Assembly: GCA_944382885.1 (NCBI GenBank) | Contig: CALWNT010000012.1 | Location: 10,784-74,783, forward strand | Length of the DNA: 64,000 bases | From: an uncultured Clostridia bacterium | GTDB taxonomy: Bacteria; Bacillota; Clostridia; Oscillospirales; Ruminococcaceae | Reading direction: 5' to 3' | In this document: positions 47,498 to 57,547 of the stretch, piece after piece | Layout of the letters: each line of letters begins with the position of its first letter | Numbering within the stretch: the stretch's first letter is position 1 | Program-made: the position numbers and the translations under genes | Notes under the pieces: generated by a model | What the model saw: only the letters and a program-made list of their open reading frames with translations | What the model was told of the DNA's origin: nothing | The model's database searches: none

Positions 47498-47941
47498 GTG
47501 GGGAAGGCGGTGGAAGGTTTGCTGATTGGTGAATATCAATATAATCTGGACCCAAAAGGCAGAATTAACTTTCCAGCCAAACTCAGAGAGGAGTTGGGCG
47601 AACAGTTTGTCGTTTGCAAAGCGCTCAACGACCGTTGTTTAAATGTCTACTCGCTGGATGAGTGGCAGAAGCTGGAGGAAAAGATCTACAGCCTGCCGAT
47701 TTCGAAATCCAAAAATATCAAACGGCATATTTATGCTAATGCAGATAAGGTCATACCGGACAAGCAGGGGCGTATTTCCATCATTCCAAGATTGCGGGAG
47801 TATGCCATGTTGGACAGGGAGGTTACCATTGTCGGTGTTTCGGATCATTGCGAGATCTGGAGCAAGGATGAGTGGGATAAGGTCTGCGCCGGTCTGGACG
47901 AGGAAGATATGAGCGCGATTTTGGAAGAGCTGGATTTTTAA
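47498..47941 (+). CDS. mraZ: transcriptional regulator MraZ
   Basis: GEYQYNLDPKGRINFPAKLRE and a second DKQGRISIIPRLRE repeat (two SpoVT/AbrB-like halves). The start is uncertain: GTG 47498 or TTG 47519. Confidence 0.9.
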   Translation: MGKAVEGLLIGEYQYNLDPKGRINFPAKLREELGEQFVVCKALNDRCLNVYSLDEWQKLEEKIYSLPISKSKNIKRHIYANADKVIPDKQGRISIIPRLREYAMLDREVTIVGVSDHCEIWSKDEWDKVCAGLDEEDMSAILEELDF

Positions 47942-47986
47942 CGAAAGGCATTTGCCGCCGTTCTGGAGAAAAGGGAGGGACAAGCC

Positions 47987-48910
47987 GTGGATTTTCATCA
48001 TGTATCAGTCATGCTGTGGGAATGTATTGACGGGCTTGCAATCCGTCCTGACGGAATTTATGTGGATGGCACGGCAGGCGGTGCTGGGCATTCTTCTGAA
48101 ATTGCCAAAAGGCTGGTTTCGGGAAAGCTGTTTTCTTTTGACCAAGATCCAGACGCTGTGGAAACTGCCAGAGAACGGCTCAAAGCATATTCCTGTGCGG
48201 AAGTAATAGAAAGCAATTTCAGCAGAATGGATTCGGTGTTGAGAGAAAAAGGCGTGGAAGAAATCGACGGCGTTCTTTTGGACTTAGGAGTTTCTTCTCA
48301 CCAGCTGGATCAGCGGGAGCGAGGATTCAGCTATCAGGGAGACGCCCCCTTGGATATGAGGATGAGCCAAAAAGGACTCAGCGCCAGAGACGTGGTAAAT
48401 ACCTATTCTGTTGAGGAGCTGACCCGGATTCTCAGAGATTTTGGGGAAGAACGGTTTGCTTATCAGATTGCCCGAAATATTGACAAACACCGCCAGTCCA
48501 AGCCGATTGAGACTACGCTGGAGTTGGCGGATATTATAAAAGGTTCTATGCCGGCAGCGGCACGGCGGGAGAAAAATCCCTGCAAGCGTTCCTTTCAGGC
48601 AATCCGTATTGCGGTAAACGAGGAACTGGATGTACTGGAAATCGGATTGGACGCTGCGTTTTCCATGCTTCGTTCGGGGGGAAGGCTGGTGGTTTTGACC
48701 TTCCATTCCTTGGAGGACAGGATCGTGAAACAGAAGTTCGCGGGTTGGTGCAAAGGGTGTACCTGTCCGCCGGATTTTCCAACCTGTGTTTGCGGAAATC
48801 GGCCTAAAGCGAAGCTCATAAACAGGAAACCAATTTTGGCTTCTCAGGAAGAACTTGCGGTAAATCCCCGCAGCAAGAGCGCAAAGCTCAGAATTTTAGA
48901 GAAATTATAA
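47987..48910 (+). CDS. rsmH: 16S rRNA (cytosine(1402)-N4)-methyltransferase
   Basis: HVSVMLWECIDGL...YVDGTAGGAGHS...DLGVSSHQLD signatures. GTG start behind GGGAGGGA. Confidence 0.92.
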   Translation: MDFHHVSVMLWECIDGLAIRPDGIYVDGTAGGAGHSSEIAKRLVSGKLFSFDQDPDAVETARERLKAYSCAEVIESNFSRMDSVLREKGVEEIDGVLLDLGVSSHQLDQRERGFSYQGDAPLDMRMSQKGLSARDVVNTYSVEELTRILRDFGEERFAYQIARNIDKHRQSKPIETTLELADIIKGSMPAAARREKNPCKRSFQAIRIAVNEELDVLEIGLDAAFSMLRSGGRLVVLTFHSLEDRIVKQKFAGWCKGCTCPPDFPTCVCGNRPKAKLINRKPILASQEELAVNPRSKSAKLRILEKL

Positions 48911-49038
48911 CAGCCCTTTTGGCAAAGGAATGTTATTGTTTTTGAAATAACAGAGAAAAAGCGGTAAAGAAAATAGACAAAAGTAAAAATAAAGGAGGGA
49001 AGGCCTTCGCAGTAGATGCTGCAGAGTGCTGAAAAACA

Positions 49039-49506
49039 ATGGCGAAAAATACAAATTTGGCGTATGCAATCAGAAATTTTGAACAGAGTGAATCTCAAAG
49101 ACAGCCTCATATTCAGAAACTGGAAAAAACAGCTTCTGTCCGAAAACCAAAATGGATCGGAAGAAGCGCGGTTTGTCTGATTTATGTTCTTGCACTGTGC
49201 GCGGCGTTAATCTACGGAAGGGTCAGCCTAAGTGAAGTAAACGCAGAACTTCAGGAAAAACAGGCGGAATATAAAGTGCTTGACAGTGAATATACTCGAT
49301 TGAGCACTGCGGTCAACAGCGTGGTTTCTCTCAGCAATATAGAGGAAAAGGCAGCTGAACTCGGCATGACAGAGGTCAAACCGAGTCAGATTGAATATAT
49401 CCGTCTGGAACGCGAGGATAAGGTAGAACTGTCAGAAGAGAAAGAGACCGTTTGGTCTAAACTCAGTGGTTTGTTCGACAAAGTCAAGGAATATATTTTG
49501 GGATAA
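49039..49506 (+). CDS. ftsL: cell division protein FtsL-like
   Basis: Position after rsmH. Single TM helix followed by a coiled coil and an AAELGM segment. Confidence 0.65.
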   Translation: MAKNTNLAYAIRNFEQSESQRQPHIQKLEKTASVRKPKWIGRSAVCLIYVLALCAALIYGRVSLSEVNAELQEKQAEYKVLDSEYTRLSTAVNSVVSLSNIEEKAAELGMTEVKPSQIEYIRLEREDKVELSEEKETVWSKLSGLFDKVKEYILG

Positions 49507-49608
49507 CGGAATAAGAATAGAATAGACTGCAAGGGTTCAAGAATATGAATGGATATCTGGAACCCTTTTTTTCTTTTCTAAGGAAAAGCAAGGAGTAAGG
49601 AGAGCGCC

Positions 49609-51972
49609 ATGGCGAAAAATATCATAGACCGTCCAATGTCAAATAGAATGAAAAGGCGAGTCATCATTGCCGGCGGGCTGATGATCGTGTTTTTAGGATA
49701 TATTCTGTTCAACTTGATTTCCATTTGCATAGTGAACGCGAAGAAGTATAAAGATTTTGCGTCTGAACAACAGGTTTCCACAGTAACAATCAACGCCAAC
49801 CGGGGGACGATTTATGACCGAAATCAGAAGGTGCTGGCCTCCAGCGCAACAGTATGGACGGTAGTAATCGCTCCGGCCAATATGGAAGAAGCCTTCGATG
49901 CTTTGGTAGAACAGGAAAAAGCGAGAATTGCCAACAGCGAATCAGGAGAAGCCAGTGAGGAAGAGGGAAATCCGGAAATTCTCACCATGGATTTAGACGG
50001 CTTTAAAGAGCAGGTAGCAAAAGAACTGTCAGATCTTTTGGGGGCCGATTATGAGACGGTGCTAGCCCAGACCCATAAGGACAATAAATATGAGATTGTG
50101 AAAAAGCAGGTAGAAAAACCAGTGGCGGATCAGATCCGTACCATGATCAGTGAAAAGGGTTACACTTTTATCAGTCTCTTGGAGGATACCAAACGTTTTT
50201 ATGAAGACAGCACTTTGGCTCCTCAAGTGCTTGGGTTTACCAATGCGGATAATGAAGGAACATATGGAGTAGAGGAATACTATAATGATGTTCTTCAAGG
50301 GGTGTCCGGCAAGGTGATTACCGCTACTGACGCCAAGGGCAATACCATCCCCACTAACTATGAGAAACGGTATGCTCCGGTAGATGGAAACAGCCTTGTA
50401 CTCACTTTAGATTCCACGATCCAGCATTATGCTCAGAAAGCGCTGGAAGAGGTGGTGGCACAGCATAAGCCCAATGGGGGCGCCTGCGCCATTGTGATGA
50501 ATGTCAATACCGGTGAGATTTTGGCGATGGCAAACGATCCTGTTTTTGACCTGTCTAATCCTCGGGAATTATATAGCCAGAGCCTCATCGACGCCTATGA
50601 AAACCCTACCACCACCAACTCCGAGGGGGAAACAGTGGCGGCGACCCTGAGCGAAGAAGAAAAATCTGAGCTGAAGCAGAATCTTCTGTATCAGCAGTGG
50701 TCGAATAAATGTATTTCCTGGTCTTATGAGCCGGGCTCTGTTTTTAAAGTCGTGACGGCTTCCGCTGCTTTAGAGACCGGAGCGGCAACCCTGAGTACCG
50801 GATACGACTGCCCGGGTTATACCATCGTTTCCGGCGTCAGAATGAATTGTGACAGGAAAACCGGTCATGGACATCTGGATTTTACAGGTGCGATCGTCAA
50901 TTCCTGTAACCCGGCCTTTGTGGCAATGGGGCTTGCTTTGGGAAAAGACCGCTTTTACGACTATCTGAAGATGTTTGGATTGACCGAACAGACTGGAGTC
51001 GATCTTCCAGGGGAAACCTATACCAATTACTATACTGCTGACGAGATGGGACCGGTAGAACTTGCTTCCTCTGCTTTCGGCCAGACCACAGTAGTCACTC
51101 CCCTGCATATGCTTACGGCAGTTTGTGCCGCGGTCAACGGTGGATACCTGGTGCAGCCTCATATTATGAAAGAGGTGCTGGATCAGGAAGGAAATGTAGT
51201 AGACAGCTACCAGGAAGTGACCAAACGTCAGGTGATTTCAGAAGAAACCTCTGAACAGATCTGCTTGGCGCTGGAACAGGTGGTTTCCAAAAACGGCGGT
51301 TCCGCGGCTTACGTTAAGGGATACCGTATCGGCGGTAAATCTGGTACGGCGCAGAAGGGAAATCAGGATGGTATTTATATCGCTTCTTACGCTGCCTTCG
51401 CTCCGGTAGATGATCCGGAAGTGGCGGTGATCGTAGTAGTTGACGAGCCGACTCAGGGCACCTATTACGGTTCTTTGATTGCGGCGCCGGCGGTAGGTTC
51501 CATCATGGCGGATATCCTGCCTTATTTGGGATACTCTCCGGAATACAGCGAAGATGATCTGGAAAGTATGGGCAATACCGTCCCCAACGTGACGGGAAAT
51601 GCGGTGCTGAAAGCCAGAAGCGAGCTGAATAAACAGGGGATTGAATATGAAGTGATCGGGAACGGGGAAACGATCGTAGACCAGATGCCTCGGGGTGGAA
51701 CCAGTATTTCCACCGACAGCAGAGTCATTTTATATACAGAAGAGAATGCTGAAAAGCAGACTGTTTCGGTGCCGAATGTGATCGGGAAAAATCTTACCGA
51801 AGCGGTAGAGGACTTAATTAACTCCGGACTTACCGTCCATTTGAACGGAAGCAACGTCACTGGAGAGACCGGCAACATCATCGTTACCGGCCAAGATGCA
51901 AAGGAAGGAGAGGAAGTCGAGAGGGGCACAACCGTCAGTATCACCTATTCCAGAAATGATGAAGTCAACTGA
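49609..51972 (+). CDS. class B penicillin-binding protein with two PASTA domains (SpoVD/PBP2B-type)
   Basis: SVFK (SxxK), SCN (SxN) and KSGT motifs. Two C-terminal PASTA repeats (VPNVTG..., VPNVIG...). Confidence 0.9.
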   Translation: MAKNIIDRPMSNRMKRRVIIAGGLMIVFLGYILFNLISICIVNAKKYKDFASEQQVSTVTINANRGTIYDRNQKVLASSATVWTVVIAPANMEEAFDALVEQEKARIANSESGEASEEEGNPEILTMDLDGFKEQVAKELSDLLGADYETVLAQTHKDNKYEIVKKQVEKPVADQIRTMISEKGYTFISLLEDTKRFYEDSTLAPQVLGFTNADNEGTYGVEEYYNDVLQGVSGKVITATDAKGNTIPTNYEKRYAPVDGNSLVLTLDSTIQHYAQKALEEVVAQHKPNGGACAIVMNVNTGEILAMANDPVFDLSNPRELYSQSLIDAYENPTTTNSEGETVAATLSEEEKSELKQNLLYQQWSNKCISWSYEPGSVFKVVTASAALETGAATLSTGYDCPGYTIVSGVRMNCDRKTGHGHLDFTGAIVNSCNPAFVAMGLALGKDRFYDYLKMFGLTEQTGVDLPGETYTNYYTADEMGPVELASSAFGQTTVVTPLHMLTAVCAAVNGGYLVQPHIMKEVLDQEGNVVDSYQEVTKRQVISEETSEQICLALEQVVSKNGGSAAYVKGYRIGGKSGTAQKGNQDGIYIASYAAFAPVDDPEVAVIVVVDEPTQGTYYGSLIAAPAVGSIMADILPYLGYSPEYSEDDLESMGNTVPNVTGNAVLKARSELNKQGIEYEVIGNGETIVDQMPRGGTSISTDSRVILYTEENAEKQTVSVPNVIGKNLTEAVEDLINSGLTVHLNGSNVTGETGNIIVTGQDAKEGEEVERGTTVSITYSRNDEVN

Positions 51973-52011
51973 TGTCAGGGGATGCTAATTTAAGGAAAGG
52001 GTTCTGATAAA

Positions 52012-53475
52012 TTGAATTTGGCAGACATTCTCGAAGGATTATCTGCTGAAACCGCTTTGCCGGGAGATCTTCCTGTCAGGAAGATTCGAAACCGTGCACA
52101 ACAGGTGGAAGCAGGGGATGTGTATGCTGCAATTCGCGGAACAAAAACAGACGGTCATGAACTGATTTCCATGGCTTTGGAAAGAGGAGCGGCGGCAATT
52201 GTCAGCGACCATGACCTTGGAAGAGCAGAACAAATCGTTGTCCCGGATACCCGTAAAGCCTGGGCGTTGATGAGCGCCAACTTTTTCGGCCATCCTTCGG
52301 CCAGACTAAAATTGGTAGGGGTGACCGGTACCAACGGAAAAACCTCGGTGACTACGATGCTCAAGCGTATTTTGGACGACGTGGGCATCAAAACCGGTCT
52401 GATTGGGACGATTCAGGCAGAGTACGGCGATCAAGTTGTAAAGACCCAGACCACCACTCCAGACGCTTTTGAGCTTCAGCAGCTCTTGGCCCAAATGGTC
52501 CGGGAAGGCTGTGAAGTGGTGGTAATGGAAGTTTCCTCTCATGGGCTGAGGCAGGAACGGCTGTATGGATGCCGGTTTGACATCGGCGTGTTCACCAATC
52601 TTTCCCAGGATCATCTGGACTATCACAAGGACATGGAAGATTACTATCAGGCGAAGCGAAAGCTGTTTGATATGTGCGACCTTGCGGTGGTAAATCTCAG
52701 GGACGGATATGGAAGGCGGCTGCTTTCTGAAATTTCGATTCCGAAAGTGACCTTTTCGGCCATTCAGCCAGAGGCGGATTTTTCCGCTTCTGAAATCACC
52801 TGTAAGCGGGAAGGCGTAAGCTTTCGTCTGCGGCACCAGGAGGTTCTGGGAAAGGTCGCCTTTGCCATTCCGGGATTCTACTCGGTAGAAAATGCGTTGG
52901 CGGCGATGGCGGCGGGGGCTCAGCCCGGGGTGGGGATGAAGACCATGATTACCGCTTTGGGGAAGATCTCCGGGATTCGGGGACGGAGCGAAGTGGTCTA
53001 TCACAGCAAAAACTTTACGGTGATCTGTGACTACGCCCATACGCCGGACGGTATTTTAAACGTGTTGTCCACGCTGCGGGAATGCGCTCAACACAGGCTT
53101 GTGGTGCTCTTCGGCTGCGGCGGAGACCGGGATCATGACAAACGCCCGCAGATGGCGAAAGCCTGTGAACAGTACGCTGATTTTATCATCGTGACGTCTG
53201 ATAATCCCAGATCAGAGAATCCGGAAAAGATCATTTCAGAGATCCTGCCGGGATTTTCGGAAGGGGCGGAGTTTACAGTGGTTCCAGACCGGAGAGAGGC
53301 CATCTCCTATGGCATCAGTCATGCGAAGCCGGGAGATACCCTTGTACTGCTGGGAAAGGGCCATGAGACTTATCAGATCATCAAGGAAAAGACAATTCCC
53401 TTTGATGAGAGAAAGATCGTCAAAGAGATTATGGAGCAAAAGGGCTGCCCGTTTGAAACAGAAGAAGGGGCATAG
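52012..53475 (+). CDS. murE: UDP-N-acetylmuramoyl-L-alanyl-D-glutamate--2,6-diaminopimelate ligase
   Basis: GVTGTNGKTS P-loop. The DNPR motif (TSDNPRSE) indicates meso-DAP specificity. TTG start. Confidence 0.92.
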   Translation: MNLADILEGLSAETALPGDLPVRKIRNRAQQVEAGDVYAAIRGTKTDGHELISMALERGAAAIVSDHDLGRAEQIVVPDTRKAWALMSANFFGHPSARLKLVGVTGTNGKTSVTTMLKRILDDVGIKTGLIGTIQAEYGDQVVKTQTTTPDAFELQQLLAQMVREGCEVVVMEVSSHGLRQERLYGCRFDIGVFTNLSQDHLDYHKDMEDYYQAKRKLFDMCDLAVVNLRDGYGRRLLSEISIPKVTFSAIQPEADFSASEITCKREGVSFRLRHQEVLGKVAFAIPGFYSVENALAAMAAGAQPGVGMKTMITALGKISGIRGRSEVVYHSKNFTVICDYAHTPDGILNVLSTLRECAQHRLVVLFGCGGDRDHDKRPQMAKACEQYADFIIVTSDNPRSENPEKIISEILPGFSEGAEFTVVPDRREAISYGISHAKPGDTLVLLGKGHETYQIIKEKTIPFDERKIVKEIMEQKGCPFETEEGA

Positions 53476-53515
53476 AGATAGACGGAGAATGACAAAAGAT
53501 AGGGGTTAGGAAAAG

Positions 53516-54889
53516 GTGCAGAAATTAACTTTAAAAGAAATTGCCGATGCGGTAAACGGAACGCTGGACGAGAAATGGAATGAACTCGAAATTGAGGCAA
53601 TCAGCTCTGACACTCGCCAGATTGAGCCGGGATGTTTATTCGTTGCCTTTCAAGGGGAAAACTTTGATGGGCATCACTTTATCAAACAGGCGTTTTCGTT
53701 AGGCGCAAAAGCCGCACTGAGTAACCGGACGGTAGAAAAAGACGACGATATGCCTCAAAAGCCGGTAGTGTATGTAGAGGATACCCTGCTGGCTTTTGGC
53801 GCGCTGGCAGCCTATTATAAACAAAAATTTTCGGTTTATACGGTAGGTGTGACAGGCAGTGTTGGAAAAACTTCTACCAAAGAAATGATTTATGCGGTTA
53901 TGAGCCAGAAATACAAAGTGCTGAAAACCGAAGGGAATTTTAATAATCAGATCGGTATGCCGAGAACGCTGTTTTCCCTGGACAACTCTTATTCTGGCGC
54001 GGTGCTGGAAATGGGAATGTGTGAACTGGGAGAGATCAGCTATCTTTCCAATATTGCCCGGCCGGATTTAGGGGTCATCACCAATATCGGCGTTTCCCAT
54101 TTAGAGAATCTGGGTACTCGGGAAAATATTCTAAAGGCAAAGCTTGAAATCCTGGATGGAATGCCCCCGGAGGGAAAACTGATTTTAAACGGCGACAACG
54201 ATATGCTCCTGACCCAGAAGGAACGCCTGGGTAAAAGGGCTTTATGGTACGGAATTGAGGAGCCGGGGGACGTCACGGCGGAAGAGATCCGTCAGGAAGG
54301 GGACGATACCCTTTTTACGGTCTGTTATCAGGGAAACCGGTATCCCGCCCAGATTCCAGCAATTGGGGTACACAATGTTTACAACGCCCTTGCGGCCTTT
54401 CTGGTGGGAATTGAGATTGGTCTGACTCCGGAAGAGATTGTAGCCGGCTATCAATCCTATCAGAATGCGGGTATGCGTCAGCGGGTCACGGTAAAAAGAG
54501 GAGTTAAAGTAATCGAGGACTGTTATAATGCCAGCCCGGATTCCATGGAATCCGCCATCAATGTCATCAGTACGATTCCCTGCGAGGGAAGGCGTATCGC
54601 CGTGTTCGGAGATATGCTGGAATTGGGAGAACAGTCGCGGCGGATGCATTTTCAGGTAGGCGAGCGTGCGGCCGGTTCCAAAATCGATGAGCTGGTCTGC
54701 TTTGGACCGGAAGCGGAAGAAATCGTAAAGGGTGCGGCAAACTTAGGGCTTCCAGCAAAGCATTTTCCGGAGAAAGAGGCCTTGTCGAATTATCTCCAAG
54801 CGGCACTCAAACCAGGAGACGCCGTCATTTTTAAAGCCAGCAGAGGAATGAGGTTGGAAGAAGTGATTGAACGGGTATTCTCAGAGTAA
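53516..54889 (+). CDS. murF: UDP-N-acetylmuramoyl-tripeptide--D-alanyl-D-alanine ligase
   Basis: GVTGSVGKTSTKE P-loop, Mur ligase layout, and position after murE. GTG start. Confidence 0.9.
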   Translation: MQKLTLKEIADAVNGTLDEKWNELEIEAISSDTRQIEPGCLFVAFQGENFDGHHFIKQAFSLGAKAALSNRTVEKDDDMPQKPVVYVEDTLLAFGALAAYYKQKFSVYTVGVTGSVGKTSTKEMIYAVMSQKYKVLKTEGNFNNQIGMPRTLFSLDNSYSGAVLEMGMCELGEISYLSNIARPDLGVITNIGVSHLENLGTRENILKAKLEILDGMPPEGKLILNGDNDMLLTQKERLGKRALWYGIEEPGDVTAEEIRQEGDDTLFTVCYQGNRYPAQIPAIGVHNVYNALAAFLVGIEIGLTPEEIVAGYQSYQNAGMRQRVTVKRGVKVIEDCYNASPDSMESAINVISTIPCEGRRIAVFGDMLELGEQSRRMHFQVGERAAGSKIDELVCFGPEAEEIVKGAANLGLPAKHFPEKEALSNYLQAALKPGDAVIFKASRGMRLEEVIERVFSE

Positions 54890-54991
54890 ATAGCTTCCGC
54901 GATGGACAAATCAGACAGTTCGAGGGAAAGAGGTTTTGGCTGTTCTGAACGCGAGAGCATATCACAACAGGAGTGAAGGAAGGGCAAAGGT

Positions 54992-55996
54992 ATGACATTA
55001 GGGATTGTAATGCTGATTACGGCGTTGATTGCATTTTTTGTAACATCGCTGTTGGGTATCTTTTTGGTACCTTATCTGAAAAAGTTAAAGTACGGACAAA
55101 CCATTAAGGATATCGGCCCTACTTGGCACCAACAGAAGCAAGGAACACCTACGATGGGCGGAATGATGTTTATTGTGGGATGTTTGGCTGCGGTAATTGT
55201 AGGGCTTCTGACCCTGCTGATTCTGGAGGATTTCAATGTGGTCACGGTTCAGATGATCCGGGTAGTGGCAGGCTGCGCCATGGCTTTGGCCTATGGGATG
55301 ATGGGATTTGTGGACGACTATATTAAGGTGGTCAAGAAGCGGAATCTGGGATTGCGGGCCAGGGAAAAGCTGCTCATCCAGTTTTTGATCGCGATTGGGT
55401 ATCTTTACTTATTAGAGGTATCCGGAGGAGTTTCGACACTGGTGGATATTCCTTTTCTGGGGCAGTTTGATCTTGGGTGGTTTTACTATCCCCTGATGCT
55501 GTTTATTATTATCGGGACGACCAATGCGGTAAATCTCACCGACGGCGTAGACGGACTGGCCGGTTCAGTGACCTTTATCGTTGCGATCGGTTTTCTGGCG
55601 ATTGCCGCAAGGCTGCAGTTTTCTTATGTGAGTATTCTGGCGGTGGCTTTGGCGGCCTCCTGTCTTGGCTTTCTGGTCTGGAATCTTCACCCGGCAAAGG
55701 TCTTTATGGGAGACACTGGCTCAATGTTTTTAGGCGGAGCGGTTGTGGCCTTGGCCTTTGGCATTGATATGCCGGTTCTGTTGGTCATCATCGGTTTTAT
55801 TTACTTTGTGGAGGCGCTTTCCGTTATTTTGCAGGTGATCAGTTTTAAGACTACCGGAAAACGAATTTTTAAGATGAGTCCGATTCATCACCATTTTGAA
55901 CTGTGCGGATGGAGCGAAATGAAGATTGTGATTGTTTTTTCTCTTGTCAGCGCGGTCTGCGGAGTGCTGGCCTATTTTGCCGCTCCGCTGGTATAG
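54992..55996 (+). CDS. mraY: phospho-N-acetylmuramoyl-pentapeptide-transferase
   Basis: TPTMGG, NAVNLTDGVDGLA and MGDTGS motifs. Ten-TM profile. Confidence 0.95.
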   Translation: MTLGIVMLITALIAFFVTSLLGIFLVPYLKKLKYGQTIKDIGPTWHQQKQGTPTMGGMMFIVGCLAAVIVGLLTLLILEDFNVVTVQMIRVVAGCAMALAYGMMGFVDDYIKVVKKRNLGLRAREKLLIQFLIAIGYLYLLEVSGGVSTLVDIPFLGQFDLGWFYYPLMLFIIIGTTNAVNLTDGVDGLAGSVTFIVAIGFLAIAARLQFSYVSILAVALAASCLGFLVWNLHPAKVFMGDTGSMFLGGAVVALAFGIDMPVLLVIIGFIYFVEALSVILQVISFKTTGKRIFKMSPIHHHFELCGWSEMKIVIVFSLVSAVCGVLAYFAAPLV

Positions 55997-56080
55997 GAAG
56001 AAAAAAATCACATAGAATAAATTAAGTCTATAAGAGTGAGAAAAGTTTTGAAAGAGATTGTGAGAAGAAGGTGAAGGCAT

Positions 56081-57274
56081 TTGCAAACGATACGATCTGT
56101 CCGCAGTAAAAAACAGGGAACCAGCAAAAAGGCGGAGCCGATTCGACCTGGCATCCAACTAATCAAAAAAAGGGAACGGTCGATTGACTGGGTGTTTTTG
56201 CTGATTGTCTTGGTACTGTTGGCGTTTGGGATGATTATGGTATTTTCTGCCAGTTATGCAAATGCACTTGCGTATCAGGGAGATAGCTTTTATTATATTA
56301 AAAGGCATGCTATTTTTGTGGCGATGGGACTTGTGGTAATGGTCATCTTGTCAAAATTCCCGCCTTATACGACTTATCAAAAATTATCTACCTGGATTTA
56401 TATAGCAGGTCTGTTGTTGATGGCGCTGGTAGTGGTTTTAAACGGCGGCCAGCCTGGACGGTGGATCAATGTTCCCCTTTTGGGTTCTTTCCAGCCGTCA
56501 GAGCTGATGAAGATTGCTATTATTATTATCTTTGCGGCATTGATTTCGAAAAATTATCAGAAAATTACCACTTTCCGCTATGGGATTCTTCCCTTTATTT
56601 TTGTGCTTCTTCCGGTAATCGGCATCCTTGTGGTGTTTCAGCACCATCTTTCCGCCACGATTATTATCTGTGCGATCGGCCTTGGCATGGTATTTATCGC
56701 AGGGGCGAAACTAAGGTATTTCCTGTCGTTGATTCCGGCTGGAGCTCTGGCTTTAGTAGCCTTGGTTCTCTTTAAAGGCGCCGATTACATGAAAGAGCGT
56801 GTGCAGATCTGGCTGGACCCCTTCGCGGATATTCAGGACTCCACCTGGCAGACGGTTCAGTCGCTGGTGGCGATTGGCTCCGGCGGCGTGATGGGCTTGG
56901 GACTGGGTGGCTCCCGGCAGAAGTATCTCTACCTGCCGGAACCTCAAAACGACTTTATTTTTGCCATTATCTGTGAAGAACTGGGACTGGTTGGCGCAAT
57001 CCTGGTGATTTTGCTTTTTGTACTGTTGATTTACCGGGGATTTGTCATTGCCAGCAAGGCGCCGAATAAATTTTCTGCGATGCTGGTAATCGGCATTGTG
57101 CTTCAGATTGCTATTCAGGCGTTTCTCAATATTGCTGTTGTGACCAACAGTATTCCAAATACTGGGATCAGCCTGCCCTTCTTCAGTGCGGGAGGTACGG
57201 CGCTGGTTACCCAGATGATGGAAGTGGGGATCGTTCTAAACATCTCCAGGTATGCCACGATGGAGAAGGTCTAA
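56081..57274 (+). CDS. ftsW: FtsW/RodA/SpoVE (SEDS) family peptidoglycan glycosyltransferase
   Basis: Polytopic protein with LQPSELMK, PEPQNDFIFA and LPFFSAGGT SEDS signatures. TTG start behind AAGGTGAAGG. Confidence 0.88.
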   Translation: MQTIRSVRSKKQGTSKKAEPIRPGIQLIKKRERSIDWVFLLIVLVLLAFGMIMVFSASYANALAYQGDSFYYIKRHAIFVAMGLVVMVILSKFPPYTTYQKLSTWIYIAGLLLMALVVVLNGGQPGRWINVPLLGSFQPSELMKIAIIIIFAALISKNYQKITTFRYGILPFIFVLLPVIGILVVFQHHLSATIIICAIGLGMVFIAGAKLRYFLSLIPAGALALVALVLFKGADYMKERVQIWLDPFADIQDSTWQTVQSLVAIGSGGVMGLGLGGSRQKYLYLPEPQNDFIFAIICEELGLVGAILVILLFVLLIYRGFVIASKAPNKFSAMLVIGIVLQIAIQAFLNIAVVTNSIPNTGISLPFFSAGGTALVTQMMEVGIVLNISRYATMEKV

Positions 57275-57277
57275 TTA

Positions 57278-57325
57278 TTGGGACGGCAAGTGTTACAAGC
57301 CGTCCCAATAGGGAAGTTTTCTTGC
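57278..57325 (+). repeat. 48-nt hairpin repeat, copy 1
   Basis: ttgggacggc / gccgtcccaa 10-bp stem plus the tail tagggaagttttcttgc. 46/48 identical to copy 2. Confidence 0.8.
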
Positions 57326-57409
57326 CGGCAACAAATCAGGCCGGCAGTTTGCTTCAGGGAAGCAAACACCGAAAACGTTCCAGACCTCCAGAAGCGAAGC
57401 AAAAGACTG

Positions 57410-57457
57410 GTGGGGCGGCAAGTGTTACAAGCCGTCCCAATAGGGAAGTTTTCTTGC
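57410..57457 (+). repeat. 48-nt hairpin repeat, copy 2
   Basis: Same sequence as copy 1, 132 nt downstream. The A-to-G change in the 5' arm creates a G-U pair on the + strand. Confidence 0.8.
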
Positions 57458-57547
57458 GTGACTATGTTATTCGATCAATTACAGTCTATAGAAAAGGCTT
57501 ATCTTTCGCCGCATAGCGGCAGATCACAGACAGAAGGGGAATCAAGA

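Noticed and set aside
49483-49489. An additional Spo0A box (TTCGACA) inside ftsL.
   Set aside because: It is a single 7-mer within a coding sequence, which is expected by chance and has no promoter context.
57278-57457. CRISPR array.
   Set aside because: There are only two repeat copies separated by 84 nt, inside an essential operon, with no cas genes in the window.
57278-57547. N-terminal 90-aa extension of MurG in the ORF-track entry 57278-58672.
   Set aside because: The canonical MurG N-terminus MRVLLAGGGTAGH starts at ATG 57548 with its own AAGGGGA RBS. The upstream part is dominated by nucleotide-level hairpin repeats. It is kept only as an alternative inside the repeat finding.
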